Under the pieces are notes generated by a model, which did no database searches, was not told where the DNA came from, and saw nothing but the letters and a program-made list of their open reading frames with translations. A stretch of DNA of 64,000 nucleotides from the human T2T-CHM13v2.0 reference genome, Homo sapiens, in assembly GCF_009914755.1 (NCBI RefSeq), contig NC_060937.1; one strand, written 5' to 3'. Numbering within the stretch: the stretch's first letter is position 1; every line of letters begins with the position of its first letter. A program made the translations under genes and the position numbers. Shown here in pieces: positions 51,861 through 64,000 of this stretch.

Positions 51861-54367
51861 ATAGTAAAAAATGTCTTAGAATATAATCTTGGTTTAATCA
51901 TAAGGTAGTATCACTTTAAAAAAAATTCTACAAAATAACCCAATTGGATTCCTCCCATCATCTAAACCAGTGAGTGAGTGTCTCAGACAATCAGGTTTGG
52001 ATCCACACTCTATGGCTTTATTATTTGGTGCAAGTATAATTATTTAGATTTAGTTCTGAGTTTCTTTTTTTCTTCCTCTTCCTCTGTTTGCACCTAGGAT
52101 TGTATCTGACAGTGTAGTTGACTCAATTTAATAAGAAAAGAGACAGAACACTTAGTCAGTGGCTGACACACAGTGATGACAAATATTTGTTTGTCTTCCT
52201 TCTCTCTATGACTTAATGACATGTCAGCTTACGATGTGCCTCTGTTGATATTTGTAAAATGTCTAGACTAACTTTGAGAGAGTGATATCAGTGAGATGGG
52301 AAGGGTTCTCATTTGTTTTAACAAAATGCATTATCCCCAAATGCCATAATGGATTTTCCATTAACAAATAGCGCATTCAGATTCCAAGCTGGAAGACAAG
52401 TAGCTATGTCTTTGTTGTAAGATTTCATAAAACAGATTACTTTTGTCTTTATTTTGTTTGACCTCAGCTGAAAGACAATTTTCATGTAGTTAAAGCCATT
52501 TTGGAAAAAAATCACGTGTAACCATCAACATCTGAAAATACTAAAATCTCTTGGTCTAGATACTTTATATTCGCATTTCTTGCAGCAGTTTTTTGTCATT
52601 CTATCTACATGATATGAAATGACCACCGTGCATATGTAAAATTGCTTCTGGGAGCTTCCTAATGTTTATCCCATATTGTGTTACAATTATTTTTGGCATC
52701 TAGAGGCAACATTTCCCTCTCAATCTAGACTTAGCAGTTCTTTTTTAATCCTCTGCCTTTGAAACAACATATTGGCAGATTGTTTGTTCTTATCTGAGGT
52801 TCGGGGAGTTCCCTGGAGTTTTAAAATATATGCTTTCTCATAAGCCTCATGTGGAAGTTACTGTTTTAATTCTTCTCCCCCACCATGCTCCTTGTTCTCT
52901 TCTTTGGGACAAACTCCCCACATCCTGCTGCAGGCTCTCCAGCTTCTCCAGTCTGTAAGCAGCTCCAGTCACTGCTATACTGTAGTCAGACTTCTTTAAA
53001 TTTGAATTCTGCTAACATTTGTAACCTCAGTAAGATTGGGGTGGATTGAGTTTTGTCCCTGGAAATGCCACATAGATCCAGCACCAGGTATTATGGACAA
53101 AGAAGCAGAGCGTGGGATTTTTCATATTTTATCTCAGTGTCTGGGAATCTTCTAGACCTGGGCTTAGTAGTATCTGGGTGGTGTCAGGACTGGAGACCAG
53201 GTTGAGACATCCTCAGGGTCTACAGCCTGCTTTGCAGGTGGGAGATGGGCAGTGAACTTAGAAATAAGGAACTTTGCATAGGTAGGGTGTGGGGTCAAAT
53301 ATTAAAGGGCAGATCTTCAGAGAAGTGCTACAGCAGTGAGCCGCCCTGTCAGATGCACAAGCAAGGTACTCTGGGTGCCATCACTGAGCTCCTAGGACCT
53401 CCTCAGTATCCTAATCGCCCTCAGGAGATGGCCTGAAGATTGGCTTCTTAGTTTTAAATTCTAGGACCATCTACAAGCTTGCTTTTGGTAAGTCACTATA
53501 GACAAATAGCAGTCAAAGCACTCAGGAAGATTTAAGCTCCAGTGAAAAACTATGCATTGCCTAAAGCATATTCCATGGGAGCTATTTTATAACACTGTAG
53601 CATGTCAGTAACTGACAGAAAACCGCTAAAACAACACGAAACCCTGACTCCTGTCTGTAGACAAATTCTGTCCAGTGGAGACATTTCAATTGACTTCCCT
53701 CCCCTGACCGGAAGAGAACAGATTTGTCTCCATTTGTACATTCATTTTAATATTCCTAATCTATACATTTGCTTTTTTGTTTCTCCTTTGAATTGGTGGT
53801 AACACCTCACCACTTTCTTCATAAATAATATATTTAATGTGTTCATTTTTATATCTGACAGTCATAATTTTACTCTTATAATGAAAATTACTTTTATTCT
53901 ATAGTGTTGGTTCACAGTTTGGTGTAAATAACTTGTTCTTTTTCATTTCTACAAATGTAGAAAGGTTGCACTGATGCATCAAGGTTTTCTTGTTGGAAGT
54001 CTGAGGACTTTTTCTGCCAAATTTCCTGCATAGGCAGTCTGGCAAACCCTGCATCGTCATGTGCAATGCCCTGGTCCTATCTCTTCCTGCTCCCATTCTT
54101 CTGGGCACTTGGACATGCATAGCTTCTATTGCCTCTCCTGGATCCTTCATCCATCACAATCATTTTCCCACTAGGTCTTAGGTTACTGTGTGTGAAGAGA
54201 GGCCCAGTGAGACAGAGCCTTCACTCTTCCACATTGGCTCAGAATAAGGCAGGGTTTTGAGGTATTTGTGGGTTTGAGTGAGTGATATTTCCTAAGATGG
54301 CTCTGTCTCCTATGAGGCCAAAATTTCTCCAGGAATGTTTTTGTGATCAATCACATCCTGCATCTAA

Positions 54368-54639
54368 TCATCTGATTAGCAACCGTAATTCAATCTGTAG
54401 TCCTAATTCCTTATTCATGTAATCTAACACATTCACAGGTTCCAGGGATTAGATGATGAGCATCTTGCAGGGGATAGGAGCATCATTCTACCTACCACAT
54501 ACACATACAGCATTAATAGGCTTTGCCTCTCCAAGCCTTGGCTTAAGTTGAATGATATTACAAAGATGACAGAGACTGGAGTAAGCTGATGACCTAGATG
54601 AGCCTTATGGAAGAACAGGTAACCTTGTTGAGACCCAGT
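54368..54639 (+). repeat. Local duplication copy A (MLT1D end plus flank)
   Basis: Aligns end to end with 56832-57106 (roughly 85% identical by eye). Confidence 0.93.
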
Positions 54640-54984
54640 AGTTGTCTACTTTCCATTAGAATTCTCCTGGGAGAACTCAGTAATGTAAGACTTAGAGTTT
54701 ACAATTAACCAGGATGGTCTCATCTTTTGTCGGGTCTGAGATCTTGCCCTGTACCACACCGTGCCCTTCATCCTGCCCTGCTCCCTTGCCTGTAAATGGT
54801 AGATAGACTCTTCTTGTCTCTCTACACTTGTTATTCTGTGCAGCTGCACAATGATTTTTTGAGATAAAACACATGTAGGTGGATTTGCTTTTATGTGCTC
54901 ATCTCATTTTATTCTTTCATATTCATTCCTGTTTCTTATATGCTTGATGACAAAAGTAATAATAGTAAGTAGTTTGTTTGCATT

Positions 54985-56140
54985 GTAACAACAGTTTCCC
55001 AATTGGTTTCTATTGCCTTTACATCCTTCTAGGTTTTCAAATTTGTTTTTTAACCTGTGGCTAGAATGCTCTTTCTAGAATACAAATATGATCAGTATCT
55101 GTTCTTCACTTAAAACTTTGCAATAAACCCACATGGCTATAATAATAAAAGACACTTCATGTTTTGGTCTTTGCTTTCTTCATAAATGCACCTGTTTTAT
55201 TGTTATTTTCAATTCCCTTGAGTGCCAAGCTACCATGCTCTTCATCATATTGCTTTCTCTATCTAAAATGCACTTCCACTATTGTGGCAGCTTTTTCACT
55301 CTGTAGATGGGCAAGCGGGAGGGAGTGGCACCCAGTGGCTGCTTCTCTCATTGTTCAGTGAGCAGGAGGGAGTGTTACAGCTCTTTTATTCCCTCCACCT
55401 GCAGCTTCGTGAGCAGGAGTACTATAGCTGTTTCATTTCATAGTTCAGCTAGTTCCAGGTTCTTGTGCTGTGACCAAGAGGAATAAGGTATGTGGACACC
55501 AGAGAGTGAGTAAGTCAGAGGAGAATTTTATTAAGCAACAGAAAGAAAGTTCTCAGTGTTGAGAGGGGACCCAAAAGCTGGTAGCAATCTGTGAGGCTGA
55601 GTCTGGGGTTTTTATGGGCTTAGAATGGAGGAGTGTGTGCTGATTGGTCCATGGGTGGCCTTGGAAAAGGCACCATTAGATTAGTTAAAAGGTATCATTA
55701 CAGGGAACCAATCAAGAGAGAGTGGGCAAGAAGGGATGGAAGTTCTCACTCCAGTTTTGGACTGTATGGAGAACTGGCAGCTCAGTTTTCAGGCTTTAAA
55801 CTGTCCTTGGCTTGAAGGTCGGGTTTGACCAGAGACCTGTCCCTGTCTGCCTAGGCATTTGTCTGTCTCCTGTTGCTATCACTATTCCTCCACCCATTTT
55901 TGTCTACTTTCTCTTTATTGTTTAGGCCTCCATTTAGAATTTACTTCCACTAAGAAGGGTTATCTGACCCCTAAATCCAGCCAAAGTCCCCTCTATGTGG
56001 TAACAGAGCTTTGTGTACTCTCATCAAGGGCTTATCATAGGATATTACTGCCAGATGGTTATTTTTAGGTGTCTGCCTTGTTCATTGTTATAGCTCCAAC
56101 ATGTAATAGAAGCTCTAACTAGTATTTTAAATTGTTGCGT
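54985..56140 (+). mobile_element. L2 fragment interrupted by an ERV1 LTR
   Basis: ggctagaatgctctttctagaatacaaatatgatca...cttaaaact; resumes after the LTR with ...ccttgttcattgttatagctccaac. Confidence 0.55.
55283..55881 (-). mobile_element. ERV1 solo LTR (LTR27/LTR28-like)
   Basis: Minus strand starts tgatagcaacaggagacagacaaatgcctaggcagac; AATAAA on the minus strand (ttttatt at ~55526); perfect 4-bp TSD ctat at 55279-55282 and 55882-55885. Confidence 0.88.
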
Positions 56141-56149
56141 AACTTCCCG

Positions 56150-56380
56150 TTATCAAATATTTTGGCATGTATGAGTGTGAAACACATTTTTACTGGACTG
56201 GAAAACTTAATTTTTTAAATCCTCACAACAATCTATGAGGTAGATTCTCACTTTATTTAATGGATGATGAAGTTGAGGGTTGGAGAGTAAATAATTTACT
56301 CTTCACACCATTAAATGGCCCACATTAGGATATGAATTAGTGTTTGTCTACTTTGAATGCTTATGGTTTTAATCACCAAC
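56150..56380 (-). mobile_element. MIR
   Basis: aatcctcacaacaatctatgaggtag...gatgatgaagttgagggtttggagag. Confidence 0.7.
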
Positions 56381-56450
56381 AGTAGCTAGAGCAATCTCTT
56401 CAGATCTCATATTAAGTGGAATCATAATGCAGTTTTACTTGGATACAGGG

Positions 56451-56964
56451 TGTATTAGTTTTATATTGCTGCAGTAACAAGTTACTACAAACACAGTAGG
56501 GTAGCTCAAGAGAGTACAACTTTATTATCTTCCAGCAGGCTAGAAGGCCAGTAGGAATCTTACTGAGCTAAAACTAATGTGTGGGCAGGGCTGCATTCCC
56601 TCTGGGGAGTTGGGGAGAATTTGTTTCTTTGCTTTTTTCAGCTTTTGGAGGTCACCCACATTTCTTGGTTCATGGCTTTTTGCTCCATCTTCAAAGTTAG
56701 CAAGATAACATTTCTGTTTCCCTTGCCACATCTTCAGACTCTCTTTATCTGCCTTTCTATTCCACTTTTAAGGATCCTTGGGATTACCTTGGGCCACCTG
56801 GATAATGCAAGATAAGCTCACTATCTTAAGGTCATCTGATTAGCAACCTTAATTCAATCTGAAGTTCGAATTCCCATTGCAATGTAATCTAACACATTCA
56901 CAGATTCCAGGGATTAGAAGGTGAGGGTCTTGCAGGGGATAAGAGCATCATTCTACCTACCACA
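56451..56964 (-). mobile_element. MLT1D-like MaLR solo LTR
   Basis: tgtattagttttatattgctgcagtaacaa...ggcagggctgcattcc...gattagcaaccttaattc...cattctacctaccaca. Confidence 0.9.
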
Positions 56965-57106
56965 TGCACATGCAGCATTAATAGGCTTTGCCTCTCCAAG
57001 CCTTTGCTGAAGTTAAAGAATGGTATCACAAAGATGGCAGAGACTGGAGTGGGCAGGTGACCTAGACAAGCCTTATGATGGAAAAAGTACCTTAGTGAGA
57101 CCCAGT
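56832..57106 (+). repeat. Local duplication copy B (probable donor)
   Basis: Continuous with the intact MLT1D; matches 54368-54639. Confidence 0.93.
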
Positions 57107-57889
57107 TTGAATTTTTGGTGTCCCAAGTATTGATCAGCCTTTAGGGACTAGCAATACCATTTATGAGAAGCTAATGAATACATGAGAATGCAAATTCATA
57201 ACTTTTCAGTGGCAAGCTTTACAAGTTGATACTGTTATCTGTAGTTCAAATATCCTCTCCCAAGGAAGCCAATTTAAATTAAAGAAGTTAACCAGGGGTA
57301 CAATTTGACCTAGGGAGATGCAGAATCTCAAGCCTATCTCCTCTGGCCAGGACACTTAAACATTATCTTTACCCTTAAGGACTATGTTGCCCTCCTAGAC
57401 AAAAGGCTCAGCATCTCTATCCTTTGGTCTGTATAAGATGAAATCTGCCAGGATCTCAGAAAACCCTTTTTCTCTGTCACATAAAATAACATTTCTTCTG
57501 CTCACACATTGTTTTTTTATTGAGTTATTGCCACTAGTGAGATTTTTGCTTTCTATAGATTATACTCAAAAATCTGTCTTTAGATGACCAGAAATCCCTG
57601 ATTTTTTTGCTTCTTTAAGAGATAACATGCATCTTACAATGACTTCTACACAGGGATACTTTTTGGGCATTTGAAATTTCCAGTTTAATTTTTTTAGAGA
57701 GAAAATGATTTTTCTTTTTTTCTGGGGCATTTCTTTTATTGGGTACTGCTTTTGACCTCTACCTGGCTGTAGGGATCATGTGCTTTTGAATAACCTTTTT
57801 CTATCAAGCACCATGACATTTTACATTCCAAGTACCATCATAACTACTTGTTTTCTTTATTAGGGAAGCCTATTATATTTTTCCTGAAT

Positions 57890-58220
57890 CTGCTTGAGCA
57901 TTCACTGGTGGCTGATCCCTTACATTGTCTCACTATATTCTCAAGATTAGTGTGAACTCCCTTCTCATCCTCCATGTGTGTCACATCTGAGATATTGGCC
58001 TTCCTTACCCAGGAACGTGACCTCCCCAGGAAAAGTTTTCCTGCTTATTTCTCCAAATTTCCGTGCCATCTCTTTGGACTCTTCTGACAGTTTTTACTAC
58101 TATTCTTAATAAATGTATGTGAACATCTAGTCTCTCCTTAATGCAGAATTCTTTTCTAAAAATCTAGTAGAAGACCAGGCAAATGGAAAATGCGCATAAT
58201 GTACAAAATTTGCTTGTTGA
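57890..58220 (+). mobile_element. L2 fragment
   Basis: gtgacctccccaggaaaagttttcctg...aggcaaatggaaaatgcgcataat...tttgcttgttga. Confidence 0.45.
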
Positions 58221-59884
58221 TGCTATTTCCACATCTACCTAGATCTCCTTCTTGGCAGAAATAGTACATTTATGCCTAGAAACCTCTTATTGTACTTCCA
58301 AACAAAGGACTTTCACAGATAAGGGAAACAATTAAAAACTGTCATTTTTTTCTTGAAATCTTTTTATTCTCAAAGAAGTTGAGGGATACTAACTGGTACT
58401 TTAAAATCAGTAACTTATCCAAGTTGCAAATTGTAGAGTTCTTGTAGCTTGCTTAAAAATCAAAACAGTGTCACAAACGTAGTTTTTGGTGTTAAACTTA
58501 GCAGAGAAACCAGACCTTGGGGAAAAAGCAGTGAGAGAAAGATTTGGAGAGAGAGAGATCACACTTTCTGTGTTGGTGACTGAAGGCAATGGTGCACTTC
58601 AGTGCCTTCTACATCGACTATTTTGCTATTGCAATAATAAATATTTTAAAACATTGTGGGTCTGGGGAGATAGGATAAATTATATTAACTAAGAATATTA
58701 TCATTCTCATTTGGTATGTTTCAACCTCTGAATTATCTAAAAATGGTTGAAAGAAAGTTTACATCTTGTTAAGATATATAATAAACAGCCAGGAAACCGA
58801 TTCAAAAAAGTTTTTTTAAAAAATGTCCTTAAGTCAGAGGTACCTTGATTTTCACTTCCAGTAGTTTAATATTAATTTTCTTGGTCCTAATAACAGCTAC
58901 ATTAAAGAGAACTTTAGAGTAATAAAATTAGAGAAAAGAAAATAAATGATGGAAGTTTATAAGGAAATAGGGCTTTCTATGTTAGTTGGTTGAGTGTCAA
59001 GCCTGTCTCTTTTCGTATAATTTATAATGTTAATTTTGCAAGTGTTGATCTTTCTTAAAGGAACTTGAATCCTTGATGAAAATGAATGAAGTTCTAAAAC
59101 ATTAAAGAACCATTTTCCAAAGAGTTTCTATAATAAATACTGTTTTTATTTTTAAAAATTACCTTACTAGAAAGAAAAATTGTTTCGAAGGATAACAAAA
59201 CTTTAAATTTGGATTCCCCATGAAAGAAAAATAAAAGTGTTAACTCCCTGCATCCACCTTCGTTGCTGAATGAAGTCATCGGACAATGGAAAATGGGAAA
59301 AACCAGAATACTTGGTTCCACTGTCAGCTTCTTAGTCACACAAATATGGTTGATTCCATTAGTTCAAGCCGATGCATTCAGTGAGCATGAACTTTTCCCG
59401 CTTGGCAACTTATAAACACACAGGGAGCTGATTAAATGGCTATTTCTAGGGCTGGCCATCACCATTTTGATTCTAGTTCCTCTGCATCTAAGGGTCTATG
59501 GTTCAAATCACAGCAGGAGTGAATTTTCTCAAGCAAAAGAAAGGCATTTATTGGACTAGTTAGTGGTGTGGTGTGATTTACTAGGGTGCTGCAGGGGGAT
59601 CCATAAACCCTTTGTTGAAAACTAGTGTTATGAAGCCTGAGGGTGGGGCTCTGGGGGCAATTTGTTCCTGGAGCTCTCCTGCAGTTTTGGTGGCGTAATA
59701 ATCAGAACCTCCGCTTATTTTCTGTCCCTGAAATAACTTCCACCAAACCAACTTATGGGCCATTTCCCATTGCCCTAGTAGTGCTACTTCAGCTGGCAGT
59801 TTTCTTGACCTTACACAGGTGTCTTTTCAAAGGGGAACTAGGTTTACTTTGGCACTGGGGACTTGGGATGGCTCCTTCCGTCAT

Positions 59885-59990
59885 CATTTTTTTTTTCCCT
59901 CCCACCCTCTCTCCTTTGTCCTTATCTCCCTCCCTCTCTCTCTCTCCCACTTTCTTTTTACTTTTCTGAGTCTCCCTCCTCTCTTTTGCT
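59885..59990. repeat. CT-rich low-complexity tract
   Basis: ttttttccctcccaccctctctcctttgtccttatctccctccctctctctctctccc. Confidence 0.7.
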
Positions 59991-61849
59991 TTCAAGGTGT
60001 GCCCTCACACTACTTTTGTTTTGAAGTGTTCATAGGATTATAGGCTTTTCTAGGCATTAGAATACACCTCAAGTGCTCAATGTCACTTAACCCACTCCAC
60101 ACATGATAAATCAATCACCTCTACCTTTTCCTTGTTTACTCATCTCCTGTTTCAATACTTTCAAAGATGGGGATTTATTACCTCATAAAGCAGTCTTCTC
60201 TTTTTATGGGTAGTAACATATCTCCATTCTTTTCCTAGTTTCTCTTCCCAGGTTCTGACTTCTATTTTTTTTTCCTTACCTTTCTGTTAAAAGGTAGCCA
60301 CATGCTGGAACCATATGCCATCTTTCCTTTTTTGCACTTTTTATTCCCATCTCCTATTTTGTTTCCAGAGATATAGGTCACTTCATAGGTTGCCAACATT
60401 CTCCCCTTTATTTCCTTCCTTTGCTAGTATCTGCAATTCATTTTAAATCTTTTTTTTTTAAAGCTATTAATTTTCTTCTTTAATTCTCCCAAATAAAGTT
60501 AATGTTCCTCTGGTAATTTTAATTTTGGAGGGTCTTCTAAATAAAAAATAAACATTCCTTTTCAAACTGTTTTTGTGTTCTCCTGGCAACTCATCAATTT
60601 ATTACCTTTCTCTGGTCTTGGATGAGTCCTTGATGTTGGGAACACTTCTTTGGTGCAGAGCAAAGATCTCTGTATACATTTATCAGACATCTATTTAGCA
60701 TAAATATATTCAAGTCATACATCTCTGGGAATACTTTTTCTACATGTATTCATTCATTCACTCATTCATTCACATAAACATTACTGATATCTTTTTAAGC
60801 AGAAGCATGTACTCTCAGTCCCAGAAGGCTACATTTGGGTGTTGATAAACTAGGGCTCATTTTTAGAATCCTGAATATGCTTCATATCTTGCACGTTAAA
60901 CTACAAGCTCCTAAAATAGAGATGAGTTTTTATTCATGGTTGTAGCCTCCAGAATCTCATGCTGTTGCTGACATCATTAAGCAATTGTTGAAGATGAATG
61001 AAGATAATCGTCTTCAAAATGTGCTTGATTAAATGAACTGAATCACTTTCGTGTAGAGAAGGGTAAGCCGATAGCTAAATGAAAATACTGATGAAAAATA
61101 CCAGTTAGTCTGGGAAATTTGGTATTTGCTAATATTCTAAACAGGCAAAAAGGCAGCAAATCTTATTTTCTAAGTCTCTGATTTTCCTCCCAACCAACAT
61201 GATGCCCCTTTTCCATTTCATCTCTTTTGGCAGGGGGCAAGGTTGAGTGAAAATTTCATTAATGCTTTGAAATGGGGTTACAGATGAACCACCTAAGCAC
61301 CCTGCTAGAGGTAACAGAGAGCCTCTCACCTGCTTCTGAGGTGGGCATGTCTGACCTGACCTTTGTTGTGCTGAACTTATATCATCAGAGATTTTATTCT
61401 GTTTAGTTTTTCTGAGACTTAAGAATTGTAGATGAATTAAGTGCAAACATCCAGTTCTTCTGAATGGCAACATCACATTTGGTATCTATTGCTGAAGGCA
61501 CTGTGTTTCCTCATTGATCTCATGGACTTAGGCTCTCAAATTCAATGCCCAACTCCTCCCCAGTAGTATGCATTTGGGTGTATCAAAATGCTTTGATATT
61601 TTGTTTATTTTATGAAGTTTTTTTTTAATTTTAGTGTAAGAAATGTTGTATTAGGGCTCAGATAGAATCACATGTGACCTTGATCCCATTAGCACTGTGA
61701 TATTGTTTTGTTTTGTGAATTAAGTTGCTAAAATGAAGAGGAATTGAATCCTCAGCAAAGAGAAGAAATATTACTTGCTTACTTGGAAGTAAACAAATTA
61801 TCCTGAAAGACGGTCAAGGAGGAAAAATTATCCCACTGCATATCAAAAG

Positions 61850-62047
61850 CATAATACATTGAGAGTTTAATATGTGCTAGACAGTGTGCTAACCATGCTG
61901 CTGACATCATTCCTTTCAACAATTCCATGTCATATGTAATTCTCCCCCATTCTGAAGAGCTCATGGAAGATAAGCAACCTATCCAGCATTGCAGATCACC
62001 TGTGACAGAGCTAAATTTCCATCTTGGGGTCGGTCTCACTCCAAATT
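61850..62047 (-). mobile_element. MIR, interrupted by a Charlie element
   Basis: attgagagtttaatatgtgctagacagtgtgctaa...ccccattct...gacagagct...ggtctcactccaaa. Confidence 0.6.
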
Positions 62048-62680
62048 AGTTGTTCTTAACCTGGAGCCACACCTCCTGGGGAGTGTGTGGAAAGAATTAA
62101 GGGATTCCATGAACTTGAAAAAAAATTGTGTATGTTTGTTTTCATTTACTTCCTACCAAAATGGAACATTTTCTCTAATTATCAATGCGGACCCACCACA
62201 GAAGCATCAGCAGTAACTATGGACTTTATCACCTGTAAATATCACAAAGTTTTTCTTTTTTTTTTTTTTTAACTACCCCCCACATTTTTTTTTTTTAACT
62301 ATGAAAGAAATGGTACTCCTGCAAAAAGCCTTAGGATTTTATCATGACACAGTTGTGGTAGATATATTAAAATATCATTCACTTATTGAGAAATTATAGC
62401 AGATTCTCATTAATATATTGATATGCATATTTCAAATATATTGATATGTGTTTCAATATAATTGTTTTCCTTTGTAGTGTTTTATTTTTATATTTACTAT
62501 TATATTTGTCTTTATTATTTGCATTATCTTTATATTAAATATTTCATATTTTTAATATTAAATTTATATTTTATATATTTATAAACATTATTCTGCAAAG
62601 AGTCCATAAATCATGAATCCATGAACCATGAGTCCGTTAGACTGCCAAAAGGATTCATGGCCGAAAACCTTGGAGACCTG
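62048..62680. mobile_element. hAT-Charlie DNA transposon (Charlie4a/MER119-like)
   Basis: gttcttaacctgg...ccatgaacttg...tttcaatataattg...aaacattattctg...agactgccaaaagg; followed by hAT-type target atctagag. Confidence 0.75.
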
Positions 62681-63041
62681 ATCTAGAGCTTCACTTCTTA
62701 CCTCATACTCTTGTCTGTGTTTTTTGTTCTTATGCCATATCTGGATATGGCATAAGAGCAAGAAGAAATTTAATGGTCTGTGCAAATTACAACTTAGCTA
62801 TAGTAGTATTCAGTAGTGGCAGGAAAGAAGGGTGAGTGCAGCATCTAGAACATTTCACACATCTATTTCTAAACGCATGTGAATGCAGAACATTGAAAAT
62901 AATGTCTTTATTTCCTACCGGTCAAGATCTCCAAGCATCCGTTCCTTTTTCATACATCAGTAACAATTGGCTGAAAGTTCTTTTCTTTTCCTCTGGTTTT
63001 GAGTTGTGTTTAGCTCATTAATGGTGCTCCGTTTTAGATGA

Positions 63042-63595
<554 letters not shown>

Positions 63596-64000
63596 CATGC
63601 CAGGCATTCTTTTAGATACTAGAGATACGGAGATGTTCTGAGGGAGGTTTTGAGGAATTTCTTTTTATTTAAAAGTGTTGGTTTATTAATTATTATTATT
63701 TACCTATTAACTGGATTGCTGGATAACTTTGTAACTTTACCCAGCTTCTGAGATGTTCCCACAGACACTCTGCTACTAGACGACCTTAGAAGCTCCTTGA
63801 CACTTGCCCGGGAGGATTTCTATGTTTCAATATTTACTCAGAGTGATTTTATGTCAATGTTCATAGATTGACTTCTAGTCCGTTACAGGGGCAGACTTAG
63901 CCCTGCTGGTTTATGGGGGCACCAAGTTATGTCAGAAGTATGGACCTGGAATAATGAAAGGGCCTATGTGCAATTTATTTTCCTTTCAGTAGAAGCACGG

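Overview
This is AT-rich primate (very likely human or great ape) nuclear DNA; AluY and THE1 elements date it to anthropoid/catarrhine primates. I find no supportable protein-coding sequence: the supplied ORFs are Alu, L1 or LTR read-throughs or short chance ORFs. The window looks like a large intron or gene desert. It is dominated by interspersed repeats: 8 Alus, 5 L1 fragments (all on the minus strand), many L2/MIR relics, MaLR, ERV1 and ERVL solo LTRs, and hAT DNA transposons. Between them lie repeat-free stretches that may be regulatory. The most notable observations are: (1) a 32-nt 3'-truncated U2 snRNA retro-pseudogene with a target-site duplication (TSD) at 14291-14322; (2) a ~275-bp old local duplication that copies an LTR/flank junction (54368-54639 vs 56832-57106); (3) a nested insertion of THE1D and Alu inside an L1 inside a MER67 LTR (24413-27000); (4) a head-to-head inverted Alu pair whose second member is a young monomeric AluY (23398-23929); (5) a candidate 49-nt exon or recursive splice site (31802-31856); (6) several strong unexplained hairpins. 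I see no evidence for a novel multi-gene biological system. Repeat subfamily names come from recalled consensus sequences, not a database search, and boundaries of old repeats are approximate.
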